From assembly GCA_964510515.1 (NCBI GenBank), contig CAZEAU010000008.1:5379-69378 (forward strand): a stretch of DNA of 64,000 bases, written 5' to 3'. A program made the position numbers and the translations under genes. Under the pieces are notes generated by a model, which saw only the letters and a list, made by a program, of their open reading frames with translations, had not been told where the DNA came from and did no database searches. Below are positions 30,236 through 40,110 of the stretch, in pieces; the first letter of the stretch is position 1, and each line of letters opens with the position of its first letter. The stretch is from an uncultured Actinomycetota bacterium (GTDB lineage: Bacteria > Actinomycetota > Geothermincolia > Geothermincolales > RBG-13-55-18).

Positions 30236-30449
30236 CCCACCGTGGCCAGGGATGGCCGCGGTTGGCGGGGCGGCTTTCCGTGCCCCCTTGGCGCTGCTCA
30301 TCACCATGCCGCCGCCCCGGGGGAAACGCGCACGCGAAGCGCAGGATGCGGACCGGCACAGCCCCGGCCCTGGTCGACAGGCAAGAGGGTTCTGCAGGCA
30401 AAGCGGATGATAATCGTATCGCTGACCCCCCGAAGGCCCGCATATGGAG

Positions 30450-30486
30450 AAAGCAGGCCGGGACATGGCTTCCCGGCCTGCTTTTT
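30450..30486. terminator. Bidirectional terminator downstream of tRNA-Arg
   Basis: AAAGCAGGCCGGGA-loop-TCCCGGCCTGCTTT. Confidence 0.75.
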
Positions 30487-30490
30487 CGGG

Positions 30491-30567
30491 TGGCACGCCC
30501 GGAGGGATTCGAACCCCCAACCTACAGATCCGTAGTCTGTCGCTCTATCCAATTGAGCTACGGGCGC
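30491..30567 (-). tRNA. tRNA-Arg(ACG)
   Basis: GCGCCCG...ACAGA-CTACGGA-TCTGT...GGTTCGAATCC...CCA. Confidence 0.95.
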
Positions 30568-30608
30568 TTGCACTCATAATTCTATCACAGCGCTTGGCCG
30601 CTTTTTTT

Positions 30609-30703
30609 TGGCGGAAGGGGAGGGATTTGAACCCTCGAGGCGGCTTGTGACCGCCTACACGATTTCCAGTCGTGCTCCTTAGGCCAAACTCGGACACCCT
30701 TCC
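30609..30703 (-). tRNA. tRNA-Ser(GGA)
   Basis: CACGA-CTGGAAA-TCGTG arm, long variable arm, CCA. Confidence 0.95.
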
Positions 30704-30929
30704 ACGCATGACCGCGCCCGTCCCGGGCGCACGAATATTATACGGGCGCAGGCCTGCGCTTACCAGAGCCTCGGGTTCCGACGCGCACTCCCCCAGGCAT
30801 CGCCCCCCCTTCTCCGCATACCTCACCTTTCCCTATTGTAAGCCCGTTTGCAGGCGCGATAACCGCGCCCGCCCACCGGGCGCCTCCACGGAGCTTGTTG
30901 GCGGGCAAGCGGCGATGATATAAAGGGGA

Positions 30930-31919
30930 GTGAACCAGATACTAGAAAGCGAGGGCATGTTGGCCGTAATCGGAATCGACCTGGGCGGGACCAAGACGGC
31001 GGGGCTCATACTCGACGGCGAGAGAGCCCTGCGCGGATACCGTATCTCCACGGACGCCTCCTCCCAGGAAAACGTGATGGAAGGCCTGCTCAAGGTCTGC
31101 TCCCGCCTGCGCGAGGACGCCATCCGCAGCGGAATCGCCATCGAGGCGGTGGGCCTGGGCATAGCCGGCTTCGTGGACTATGAGCGGGGGGTGGTTACCG
31201 AGGCCCCCAACCACCCCCTGCGCGAGGCGCGGGTGAGGGACATCCTGGAGGAGGACAGCGGCCTTCCCATCTTCGTGGACAACGACGCCAACACGGCCGC
31301 GCTGGCCGAGGCGCGCATGGGGGCGGGCCGGGGTGTGCGCTACCTGGTGCACCTCACCCTGGGGACGGGGATAGGCGGGGGGATAGTCATCGACGGAAGC
31401 ATCTACAGGGGGGCGCTGGGCGCGGCGGCGGAGCTGGGCCACATGATCATTCGCGAGGACGGCCCGGCCTGTAACTGCGGGGCGCGCGGATGCCTGGAGG
31501 CCCTGGTCTCGGGGGTGGCCATCTACCGCCGCGTGGAGGAGCTGGCCGCCCTGGGACACGCCTCTCCCCTGGTGTGGGATTTCCTCGCCGACCCCACGAC
31601 CTTCACCGCCGACTCCGTATGCCGGCATGCCGATGCGGGAGAAGGCCCGGCGGTGGAGATCCTGAGCGATGCGGGGTGGCACCTGGGGACGGGGATAGCG
31701 TCGCTGGTGAACATCTTCAACCCAGATGCGGTCACCTTGAGCGGCGGGCTCCTCGGCTGCATGCACCACATGGAGGAGGCCATGCGCGGCTCCTTCGCGG
31801 ACAACGCCATCGCCATCAGCCGCGACCACGTGCGCATCCTCACCGGAAACCTCGGGGACGACGGCGGCATGCTGGGGGCGGCCCTGCTGGCCCGCGAGGG
31901 CCTGGAGGCCGGCGCCTGA
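30930..31919 (+). CDS. ROK-family sugar kinase (glucokinase-like)
   Basis: GIDLGGT, DNDAN, TLGTGIGGG, ELGH, CNCGARGCLE. Confidence 0.9.
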   Translation: MNQILESEGMLAVIGIDLGGTKTAGLILDGERALRGYRISTDASSQENVMEGLLKVCSRLREDAIRSGIAIEAVGLGIAGFVDYERGVVTEAPNHPLREARVRDILEEDSGLPIFVDNDANTAALAEARMGAGRGVRYLVHLTLGTGIGGGIVIDGSIYRGALGAAAELGHMIIREDGPACNCGARGCLEALVSGVAIYRRVEELAALGHASPLVWDFLADPTTFTADSVCRHADAGEGPAVEILSDAGWHLGTGIASLVNIFNPDAVTLSGGLLGCMHHMEEAMRGSFADNAIAISRDHVRILTGNLGDDGGMLGAALLAREGLEAGA

Positions 31920-32048
31920 CCTGACCCGCGAACGCATGGGCTGGGACTCGCGTACTTGAATGCCGCCGGGAGCCGCTTGCTTGCAGGCGGCCCGGCCACT
32001 TGCCACCCCAGGCGCGAAGCCGGGCCCCGGGCCTGACCCCCGGGGGCT

Positions 32049-33179
32049 TCAGTCCTTCCTCGTGCGCAGGGAGAGGACGGCGAGGGAGAGGAAGAGGGCG
32101 GCCATGAGCGTGAGGGCCAGGAGGTCCAGCCATATCTTTCCCACCCCCCAGCCCTTGAGCATCACCGCGCGCGAGGCGTTCACCGCATAGGTGGGCGGCA
32201 CCAGGTAGGAGAGCGGCCGCAGCCACGCCGGTATGGCCTCGATAGGCCAGAATATCCCCGCCAGGAGGAAGGCCGGGAGAATGACGTAGGGCAGCACCTG
32301 TATGGCCTGCGCCTCGCGGCGGGCGGTGCTGGAGAGGAGTATGCCCAGCGCCTGGGAGACCACGGCCAGAAGGGCGATGACCGCGAAGGCGAGGAGCACG
32401 TTCCCCACCACGGCGACGTCGAAGACCAGCATGCCCACCAGCAGGAGGAGGACGGCCTGCCCCGTGCCGATGAGGCTGAAGGCGGCGGCGTAGCCGAGCA
32501 CGATGTCCCTCTCCCTGAGCCGCGTGGCCAGCATGCGCTGCAGGGTACCGGAGGTCCTCTCGCCCACGAAGGTGACCAGGGTGAGCAGGGTGGTGATCAT
32601 GTACACCGCGAAGGCCATGATGCCGGGGACGAAGAAGTCCATGAACTTGGCCCCCTCGCCGAAGACGGCCACGGCCTCCACGCTCACCGGCAGGCTCAGG
32701 CCCGCCCCCTCCATCGCCGCCAGCAACGCCTCGTTCACCGCCTTGCTCACAGCCTCGGAAACGTTGACGTTGCTCCTGTCCAGGAGCAGCTCGATGGAGG
32801 CGGGAGGGGCCCCGGGGCGGCCTTCCAGGCCCGCGAGCGCAGCGGCGGTGAGGCCGGGCGGGAAGACCACGGCGGCATAGGCCTGCCCGGCCTCCACCAT
32901 GGCCAGCGCCGCCTCCCGGTCGTCCGCGTACTCCAGCTCCATCACCTCCTCATCCAGGTTGGAGACGAGCGCGCGGGACAGCGCCGCGGGAGCCCCCGCA
33001 GCGCCCTCGTCCAGGTCCACCACCGCCACTTTCACGTCCCTCACCTCGCCGCTGAAGGCCAGCCCGAAGACGAACATGACGAAGATGGGGGCGAGGACGA
33101 TGAGAGCCAGGGAGCGCTTGTCGTTCTTGAGGTCCATGAAAACCCGCCTGGTGACGGTGAGGAAGCGGAGCCCGCTCAT
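32049..33179 (-). CDS. ABC-2 type transporter permease
   Basis: FFVPGIMAF, ERTSGTLQRM, PIEAIPAWL. Confidence 0.9.
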   Translation of the reverse strand: MSGLRFLTVTRRVFMDLKNDKRSLALIVLAPIFVMFVFGLAFSGEVRDVKVAVVDLDEGAAGAPAALSRALVSNLDEEVMELEYADDREAALAMVEAGQAYAAVVFPPGLTAAALAGLEGRPGAPPASIELLLDRSNVNVSEAVSKAVNEALLAAMEGAGLSLPVSVEAVAVFGEGAKFMDFFVPGIMAFAVYMITTLLTLVTFVGERTSGTLQRMLATRLRERDIVLGYAAAFSLIGTGQAVLLLLVGMLVFDVAVVGNVLLAFAVIALLAVVSQALGILLSSTARREAQAIQVLPYVILPAFLLAGIFWPIEAIPAWLRPLSYLVPPTYAVNASRAVMLKGWGVGKIWLDLLALTLMAALFLSLAVLSLRTRKD

Positions 33180-33925
33180 CTCTCCTCCCCTCGCCCGCCA
33201 GCGACGAAGCTCATGAAGGCGTCCTCCAGGCTGGCGCTCCCGCTCATGGCCAGGAGCTCCCGCGGCCTGCCCTCGGCCAGGAGCCGCCCCTCGTGCATGA
33301 ACCCGATGCGGTCGCAGCGCCCCGCCTCGTCCATGTAATGGGTGGTGATGACGATGGTCCTCCCGTGCCCCTTGATCTCGTTGAAGTAGTCCCAGAAGGA
33401 GACCCGCAGCTCGGGGTCCACGCCCACGGTGGGCTCGTCCAGCAGCAGGAGGGCGGGCCTGTGCACCAGCGCGCAGGCCAGGGAAACACGGTGCTTCATG
33501 CCGCCGCTGAGCTTGCCCACCATCTCGTCGCGCCACTGCGCCAGCCCGATGAAGTCGAGCAGGGTCTTTTCTCTCTCCTCCACCTCGCGCCGGGAGAGCC
33601 CGAATATGGCGGCGAAAAAGGCCAGGTTCTGATGCACGCTGAGGCCGGGGTAGAGCGCGGTCTCCTGGGGCATGTATCCAATCTCCGCGGCGGTGCGCTC
33701 GTCGGGCACGCGCCTGCCGCCCACCCGGGCCTCGCCGCCGTTTATCTTGAGCAGCCCGCAGAGCATCTTGATGGTGGTGGTCTTGCCGGCCCCATTCGGG
33801 CCCAACAGGCCGTAGATCTCGCCCTTCCTCACGCGCAGGTCCAAGCCGTCCACGGCGGTGAAATCGCCGTAGCGCTTGACCAGGCCGCGCGTCTCCACCA
33901 TGAGAGCCGGTTCGTTTTCGACCAT
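33176..33925 (-). CDS. ABC transporter ATP-binding protein
   Basis: GPNGAGKTT, LSGGM, LDEPTVGVDP. Confidence 0.95.
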   Translation of the reverse strand: MVENEPALMVETRGLVKRYGDFTAVDGLDLRVRKGEIYGLLGPNGAGKTTTIKMLCGLLKINGGEARVGGRRVPDERTAAEIGYMPQETALYPGLSVHQNLAFFAAIFGLSRREVEEREKTLLDFIGLAQWRDEMVGKLSGGMKHRVSLACALVHRPALLLLDEPTVGVDPELRVSFWDYFNEIKGHGRTIVITTHYMDEAGRCDRIGFMHEGRLLAEGRPRELLAMSGSASLEDAFMSFVAGGRGEER

Positions 33926-33965
33926 GGGGTTATGCCTCCTTTTTCGCCGGCTCCATGCGGGGCAA

Positions 33966-34580
33966 CTAGATGCCCAGCCCCTCCTCGATCGCCTCGACCT
34001 CTTCCTCCCCGAAGGGCTCGATGGTCCCCCGGCCCCCGCGATGGTAGAGGGCCTCGGCCAGCAGCGCCATGGGGACGAGGGCGGCTATCGTCAGCCCCAG
34101 CCGCAACAGCATGAACTTCCAGCCAAGGAACTGCAGTTCCATCAGCTCCTGGGGCAGCTTGATGCAGGCCCAGGCGGAAAGGAAGAGGATGACGTTGGCC
34201 ACCCTGGCGCCCTTCTTCAGCAGCATAGCCGCCAGGGGAAAGGCGATGTAAAGGGGGCCGGTGGGCAGCGCTCCCAGCACCATCGCCAGGAAGAGGCCTC
34301 CGGCACCCGAGCCCTTGCCCAGGTATTTCACCACTATATTGCGGTCGACCCAGATGGCGAAAAGGCCCATGAGGACCATCAGGGCGGGAAGGACGAAGAC
34401 CATCTCCTTGAAGAACTCCCAGGAGGACTGCAGAGCCCGCTCGCCTTTGTCCGGGAAGATGAGGGACAGGCCGTAGAGCGCCACCGCGGAGGCGGCGAGG
34501 GCGACCAGGTCCCATTTTATCCGCTTGCGCAAGGAGGACTTTGTCTCCGTCCCGTTTGCGATCCCTTCGTTCTTCTTCAT
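33966..34580 (-). CDS. Permease (DUF318/ArsP-like), subunit 2
   Basis: YLGKGSG, GPLYIAFPLAAMLLKKGA. Confidence 0.8.
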   Translation of the reverse strand: MKKNEGIANGTETKSSLRKRIKWDLVALAASAVALYGLSLIFPDKGERALQSSWEFFKEMVFVLPALMVLMGLFAIWVDRNIVVKYLGKGSGAGGLFLAMVLGALPTGPLYIAFPLAAMLLKKGARVANVILFLSAWACIKLPQELMELQFLGWKFMLLRLGLTIAALVPMALLAEALYHRGGRGTIEPFGEEEVEAIEEGLGI

Positions 34581-34605
34581 CTTCGAGCACCTCCGTCCTC
34601 GCCCA

Positions 34606-35091
34606 TCAACCCAGCACCAGGCCCATGATGACGGCGACAATGAGGGCCGCGGCGAAGCTGAGGCCGTTGCGGAGAAATGCGAAGCGTTTGCCCAGCTCCT
34701 TTATCTCGATGGGCAGGAAAACCAACCCGATCATGGTCAGGGTGGTGATGAAGGCGGCCATGGCCATCACCCCGGCCCCCATGTCCAGCAGGGATTTCGC
34801 CAGCGGGAAGGCGATGAGCGCCGGAATGAAGAGGACGGAGCCGAGCAATGAGGCGATGAGCAGGCCGGCGACGCCGCTCTCCCCCCCGATGATCGTGGCT
34901 ATCCACCTGGGTGGGATGAATCCCACGATGAGGCCGATGAGCGCGACCACCGCCAGCACGCTGGGGACCATCCTCTTCGTCGCGTTCCACGCGATGAGCA
35001 GGGCGCTCTTGGTCTTTCCCCTGTCCTTGGCGAGCGACAGCGTGAGACACACCACGACAAACGCGTTGATAACGATGGCGGTAAGCGACAT
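34606..35091 (-). CDS. Permease (DUF318/ArsP-like), subunit 1
   Basis: IGGESG, IAFPLAKSLL, E..ELGKRFAFLRN. Confidence 0.8.
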   Translation of the reverse strand: MSLTAIVINAFVVVCLTLSLAKDRGKTKSALLIAWNATKRMVPSVLAVVALIGLIVGFIPPRWIATIIGGESGVAGLLIASLLGSVLFIPALIAFPLAKSLLDMGAGVMAMAAFITTLTMIGLVFLPIEIKELGKRFAFLRNGLSFAAALIVAVIMGLVLG

Positions 35092-35096
35092 CGCCC

Positions 35097-35504
35097 TCAC
35101 CCCGCTTTCTCGCACAGGGCGATGAAGCCGTTGAGCATCTTCACCCTCTCCTTGAAGGCCTCCACCCAGGCGGCCAGCCTGGCCTCGCCCTGCGCGGTGA
35201 GGCGATAGACGCGCTTGGGGGGGCCCGCCTCGCCGTGCTCCCACTCCGAGCGCACCAGGCCGCCCCTCTCCAGCTCGCGCAGCATGCGGTAAACGGAGGC
35301 GGAGTCGGGCATGGGCCCGGGGAAAGGCAGGTTGCCGATATCCTCCGTGAGCTGATAGCCGTAACCGGGGCGCAGCTTGATGAGGTAGAGAAGCCGCGGC
35401 TCGAGGAATCTCTTGCGGGGCCCCTCGCGCACGAAACGCTCGTGGTCCAGGGTCTTCTCGACGCCTTGCGGCCTCCGGGCCTCCCGTCCCTTAGCCCTCG
35501 CCAT
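35097..35504 (-). CDS. PadR-family transcriptional regulator
   Basis: GYGYQL, VYRMLRELE, GPPKRVYRLT. Confidence 0.9.
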   Translation of the reverse strand: MARAKGREARRPQGVEKTLDHERFVREGPRKRFLEPRLLYLIKLRPGYGYQLTEDIGNLPFPGPMPDSASVYRMLRELERGGLVRSEWEHGEAGPPKRVYRLTAQGEARLAAWVEAFKERVKMLNGFIALCEKAG

Positions 35505-35528
35505 GGTCACCCTCCGCCTCTCCGTGCC

Positions 35529-35577
35529 TATATGCCATCATACATATAAGTGTAGTTTACATATAGATGGGCGTCAA
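35529..35577 (-). promoter_or_regulatory. sigma-70 promoter with probable PadR operator
   Basis: Minus strand TTGACG-17-TACACT; TATATG-N8-CATATA inverted repeat at 35529-35548. Confidence 0.65.
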
Positions 35578-35729
35578 GCGCCATTTCTCGGTCGTTGCTG
35601 TCCAGAAAAACAGGCGCCCCATCCCGAAGAAACCCCGGCACGCCATATCGGCTTAGCCCGCCCGGGCGGCGGGTCGCCGCATGGCAGCGCGCGGCCAGAG
35701 CTCGAGTCCTGCGGCCTGACCGCCGGGGT

Positions 35730-36398
35730 TCAGGCGAGCGGGTTTCCGCATTCGCCGCAGAAGCGGGACCCCTCCTGCGAGACCGCGCCGCATTTCTCGC
35801 AGATGATGAGCTTCAGGGGGGCGCCGCAGTTGTTGCAGAACTTCTCGTCCCCGACCGGCTTCTCGCACCTGGGGCACAGGGTCTGCTTGCTCTCGATTTC
35901 GCCGCTGAAGACCTGCGTGCCCTCCGCCTTCGCCCTGATGTCCGCCACCATCTTTTCCGAGCGCGCCGCCGCCACCTCGGAGGCCAGGCGCGGAGCGCAT
36001 TCCACGCACAGCCCCTCCTGCTCGTTCCAGTCGTTCAGGCAAACCCACTTCGTGCAGCGGGGGCAGCGCTTGAAGTGCCCCTTGCTCTCGTTCATGGCCA
36101 GCTCGAAGGCGGCGTCGTGCTCCTTATGCCACTCCGGCGACATGCCCCGATAGCGCTCGCTCACCGCGTCGAGCCCGCGGCTGGCGCCGTAACCCAGTCT
36201 GTAGCCCCTGCCGGTGATGGAGGAGGCCACGTCGATAACCCCGCCTAGCTTGCGGAAGAGGCTGCCCTTCTTGTAGGTCTTGGACTCTATGAACCTGGTC
36301 TTGTACCCCTCCTGACAGAGGTCGCAGTAGAAGACGAACTGAAAGCCCGCCTCCGTGCTGCTGTCGTCGAAGTTGTCGGTAAAAGCCTGCAAGGCCAT
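35730..36398 (-). CDS. Multi-zinc-ribbon protein (C-terminal double zinc ribbon)
   Basis: CDLC, CPRC...CVEC, CPRC..FCNNCG, CEKCG..FCGECG. Confidence 0.85.
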   Translation of the reverse strand: MALQAFTDNFDDSSTEAGFQFVFYCDLCQEGYKTRFIESKTYKKGSLFRKLGGVIDVASSITGRGYRLGYGASRGLDAVSERYRGMSPEWHKEHDAAFELAMNESKGHFKRCPRCTKWVCLNDWNEQEGLCVECAPRLASEVAAARSEKMVADIRAKAEGTQVFSGEIESKQTLCPRCEKPVGDEKFCNNCGAPLKLIICEKCGAVSQEGSRFCGECGNPLA

Positions 36399-36414
36399 CT
36401 CCGTCCCTCCCGTC

Positions 36415-36744
36415 TCATCTCATCGCTTTTCCGCACTTCACACAGGTATCCCCCAGCGGCGGCTGCTCGGCCCGGCACTTGCGATGGGGGCAAAAGACCG
36501 TCAGGCGGGCATCGCACGCCTGGCAATAGTCCCCGAAAAAGGTCTCCGCGCCGCAATGCGGGCAGGATATCCTGAGCGCGAGGCCGCAGTTGCCGCACGC
36601 CGCCCAGCCATCCTGCACGGGGCTCCTGCACTTGGGGCAGCGCGGCGAGCCCAGCGGGTTCACCCTCCCGCAAAGCGGGCAGACATGCGAGCCCTGGGAG
36701 ACCAGTCCGTCGCAATAGCGGCACGGCTGCTTGTATCCCGGCAT
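36415..36744 (-). CDS. Quadruple zinc-ribbon small protein
   Basis: Eight CxxC-type pairs in 109 aa. Confidence 0.85.
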   Translation of the reverse strand: MPGYKQPCRYCDGLVSQGSHVCPLCGRVNPLGSPRCPKCRSPVQDGWAACGNCGLALRISCPHCGAETFFGDYCQACDARLTVFCPHRKCRAEQPPLGDTCVKCGKAMR

Positions 36745-36802
36745 CTCTCTCCCTCCTCGGCCCTGCCGTCCGGTCCGCCGGCGCGGGCGCTTCCCGCGGC
36801 CG

Positions 36803-38134
36803 CTAATCCGGCGGCGCCTCCTCCTCCTCGTCCGGCGCGGCCTCCCCGCCGCGCCACCTCTCGGCGTCATCTCTCGCGTCCACATTGAAGCGCAAGAGGT
36901 CCTCCACGTCCCTCCTCCACTGCTCGGGGGAGGAATGGAACACCCGGCCGATGAAGAGGTCCCTCAACATCCTCAGCTCCGGCAGCCGCCGCAGCGCATG
37001 GCGGTAGCGCGCGTATCTCGGCTCGCGCAGCCTCTCCTCCTCCAGGTATATGGGCTCGCGGCGGAAATTCACCGCCTGCAGGCAGTCGTTCAGCGCAGAC
37101 GCCAGCTCGTCCGCGCGCCGGTCCAGCGCCTCCATGTCGCGGGCCTCCCGGTACTCCTCGCGCCCCAGCAACCTGAAGAAATAGGTGGCCCTGCCGCCGC
37201 CGCGGGAGGACGCCGCCTCCATGGCCAGCGCGTTGCCCGGGAGCCGCGGGTCGCTCGCGTAAATGGGGGCCAGGAACCACAGGTACTCCGCGGTCAGCTC
37301 GCCCATGAGGCCGCGCTTGATGCCGATGCGCATCCCGCCCTCGCGGGCCATGGCCTTGAGTTGCTCGTACTCGTCCTTGAGCCCGACCAGCTCCAGCCTC
37401 GACTCCAGCTCCTCCCAGAGACCGGGCAATTCGCCCTCCAGGTCGCCCACGCGGACGGCCCTCCCCTCCCGCATCAAGCGGGACGCCCTCGCCAGGGTGG
37501 ATATGCCGGCCTCCGGCGCGAGTTCCTTGAGCAGGACCTGCGTCCTGAGCTCCATCTCCCGCAGGCGCTCCCCGAGGGCCTTGACGAAGGGCTCGAACTC
37601 CCTCCCCAGCATGGAGAGGACGACCCCGCCCCCCGCCTCGTCCAGTATCTCTATGGCGTAGTCGGCCTCGCGCACCTCGGCCATGTTCCCGTAAGGGAGC
37701 CGCAGCGGGTCGCCCGCCCCCGGCAGCAGCACCAAGGTCGTCTCGTACAGCCTGAGCTCCGCCTCCCCGCTCTCCTCGGCGCCGTCCCGTGCTCGCAGGG
37801 AGTAGCGGGCCGCGACCCCCTGCCTCAACGGCCTCTCCTGCACCAGCATGTCCGCAAGGATGAGCTCGCCGCGCCTGCGGGCCAGCTGGCGCACGAAATC
37901 CTCGTAATCCCTTCCCAGGCGGGACAGGCGCAGCTCCTCCCCCGAAGCCAGACGCAGGACGAGCGCGTAATCGGCCGCGCGGAGCCCGACGATATCGCGG
38001 TACGAGACATGCAGGGCGGTGCCCCCCTCGGGCATTATGGATATGCTGTCCTCGCCCAGCCTCGCCCCGGCATCGCCGGCGGCGGCGAGGTCGCCGTCCG
38101 CGCCCTTGAGTTCGTAGCTGGCCCTGGCCTCCAT
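36803..38134 (-). CDS. Hypothetical protein with two tandem PH-like domains
   Basis: Internal repeat (YxL...G-A...L...P..G..L...Y......ADYA.......LS.LGR.[YF]E.FV..L) twice; GGAGG SD. Confidence 0.7.
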   Translation of the reverse strand: MEARASYELKGADGDLAAAGDAGARLGEDSISIMPEGGTALHVSYRDIVGLRAADYALVLRLASGEELRLSRLGRDYEDFVRQLARRRGELILADMLVQERPLRQGVAARYSLRARDGAEESGEAELRLYETTLVLLPGAGDPLRLPYGNMAEVREADYAIEILDEAGGGVVLSMLGREFEPFVKALGERLREMELRTQVLLKELAPEAGISTLARASRLMREGRAVRVGDLEGELPGLWEELESRLELVGLKDEYEQLKAMAREGGMRIGIKRGLMGELTAEYLWFLAPIYASDPRLPGNALAMEAASSRGGGRATYFFRLLGREEYREARDMEALDRRADELASALNDCLQAVNFRREPIYLEEERLREPRYARYRHALRRLPELRMLRDLFIGRVFHSSPEQWRRDVEDLLRFNVDARDDAERWRGGEAAPDEEEEAPPD

Positions 38135-38213
38135 CCTCCATCCTCTCCGCCGCCCGGGCAGGCGGCCGTTTTTCCCATCCTAGCATAAGCGACGCGCCGC
38201 TTGCCGCCCCCCC

Positions 38214-38259
38214 GTAACTCTATATAGTAACTCTATATATATTGATATTATATTGATAT
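38214..38259. repeat. AT-rich tandem repeats in a divergent intergenic region
   Basis: GTAACTCTATATA x2 followed by TATATTGATAT x2. Confidence 0.8.
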
Positions 38260-38458
38260 ATCCCTGGGCAGACGCGCGGCGGGGAGGGGATTCCCGTTTA
38301 GCAAGCGGCAGCCGTGGGAATCAAAGTAGAGTGCCCCCGGCGGGGCGGAGAGACCGGATGCGCCCGCGGATGAGGGCGCACGCCCCCGTCCCATGCCGCA
38401 GCGCGCGAAGGTAAAGATAAGAGGGCGGCAGGCCCGTGAAAAGCGAGGAGGCAAGGCC

Positions 38459-39169
38459 ATGAGGGCGAGGATAGGGAGCAGGGTCGAGGTGGCGGAGCAG
38501 ACCCTGCAGGTGGTGTTCGACCTGCTCGGAGAGACGGTGGACTTCAAGCCGGGACAGTTCTTCTTCGTGGACCTCATCGACCCGCCCTACGACGACAAGA
38601 GGGGGGCGCGGCGTCACTTCTCCATCGTCAACTCCCCCAACGAGAAGGGGGTCATCGTCATGGCCACGCGGCTGCGCGACTCAGCCTTCAAGAGGTCGCT
38701 GGCGGAGATGCCCGTGGGGAGCGAGGTGGAGATCTCCCGTTTGGGGGGAGAGGATTTCTCCCTCCCCGACGCGGGCGAGGCGCCGCTGGTATTCATCGCG
38801 GGGGGCATCGGCATCGCGCCCTTCATCTCCATGCTCAGATACGCCATGGAGGAGGACCTGCCCCATCACATCACCCTTATCTATTCCAACCGCGACCGCA
38901 AGTCGGCCCCCTACCTGGGCGAACTCGAGGAGCGCGCCGCGGGCAACAGCAAGCTGCGCCTGGTGCTGACCATGACCGACGAGCCCTCCTGGGAGGGCGA
39001 GGCCAGGAGGGTGGACGGGGACTTCATCGCCGAATACGTGCCCGACGCGGCCTCCTCCACCTTCTATATCGCTGGGCCCCCGGGCATGAACAAGGCGCTG
39101 GCGCAGGAGCTGCAGCGCGCCGGGGTGGACGCCGATTCCATCAAGGCCTCGAATTTCGCCGGCTATTGA
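38459..39169 (+). CDS. FNR-family FAD/NAD(P)-binding oxidoreductase
   Basis: FKPGQF, RHFSI, IAGGIGIAPF, YIAGPPGM, C-terminal FAGY. Confidence 0.9.
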   Translation: MRARIGSRVEVAEQTLQVVFDLLGETVDFKPGQFFFVDLIDPPYDDKRGARRHFSIVNSPNEKGVIVMATRLRDSAFKRSLAEMPVGSEVEISRLGGEDFSLPDAGEAPLVFIAGGIGIAPFISMLRYAMEEDLPHHITLIYSNRDRKSAPYLGELEERAAGNSKLRLVLTMTDEPSWEGEARRVDGDFIAEYVPDAASSTFYIAGPPGMNKALAQELQRAGVDADSIKASNFAGY

Positions 39170-39178
39170 GCGCCGCCC

Positions 39179-39571
39179 TCAGGAGAGCTTTATCTCCCGG
39201 GAGGACTCCCACAGGCCATGGATATTGCACAGGGCGAGGGCGTAGAGCGTCCCCGGCTTGTTCACCTTGAGATAGGCGACCACGGCGTGATGGGTATAGG
39301 CGGGGCCCTCGTTCGCCCCCTGCACGGACTCGCCGTGGGCGGTGAACTCGAAGTTCCCCACCTGATAGCTGAACTTGTCCCCCTCGGGATGGAAGAAGAG
39401 CTGTATCCACCTGATGTGATGCTCGGTGGTGTTGGGGTGGTCCACCTCCACTCCGAGCCCGACCTTCACCTCGAAGACCTCTCCCGCCCGCACCGCGTCC
39501 GGGCAGTCGATGGTGGGGACGTGTTTCTCCGTCTTCCAGTCGGCCGACTGCACCTGATCTCCCAGTTTCAT
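39179..39571 (-). CDS. Superoxide reductase (neelaredoxin-type, class II)
   Basis: EKHVP, HPNTTEHHI, CNIHGLW. Confidence 0.92.
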   Translation of the reverse strand: MKLGDQVQSADWKTEKHVPTIDCPDAVRAGEVFEVKVGLGVEVDHPNTTEHHIRWIQLFFHPEGDKFSYQVGNFEFTAHGESVQGANEGPAYTHHAVVAYLKVNKPGTLYALALCNIHGLWESSREIKLS

Positions 39572-39735
39572 CTCCAACCTCCTCGGCATCGGGCGGCCCG
39601 TCGCCGCCGCTTCTCTCCTGAACCGCTCTCTAATAAACATTCCCTTGCGGGGAATGAATAAACCGCCTGCACGGGGCCAGGTCCGTCTTCGAGCCTGGGG
39701 GCACAGGCGGCCCCGGGCCGGGCCCGCAAGAGGCG

Positions 39736-40110
39736 TCAGCGCGGGCCGCGGTCGAGCCTGCGTGAGGAGATGACATCCACGCCGCTGCCCAGTATGTCCC
39801 GGAGGATGACCTCGCCGTCCGCGACCGGGGCGCGCATCTCCACGCGGGCCAGCTCCCGCACCGCCTCCCCGATCATGGACTTGGGGATGGGAGAGGCGCT
39901 CACCACCGGGAGCAGGGGCAGGGCGCCCCCCTTGACCCGCACGGTGGTGCTCAGCGTGCGGCGGGGGTCGCGGAACTCCTCCTCGGCATATTTCACCCCC
40001 ACCTTGCACTCGGCCCCCGCGACCTCCAGGACCTCCCCGTCCTCCTCCGTGAGCTCCAGGCCGCAGCTCAGGGGGCAGTTGATGCATACGAAGGCGTGCT
40101 TTTTCCTCAT
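39736..40110 (-). CDS. DUF1667-family CxxC protein
   Basis: CINCPLSC, C..G..YA.EE..DPRRTLSTTV. Confidence 0.85.
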   Translation of the reverse strand: MRKKHAFVCINCPLSCGLELTEEDGEVLEVAGAECKVGVKYAEEEFRDPRRTLSTTVRVKGGALPLLPVVSASPIPKSMIGEAVRELARVEMRAPVADGEVILRDILGSGVDVISSRRLDRGPR

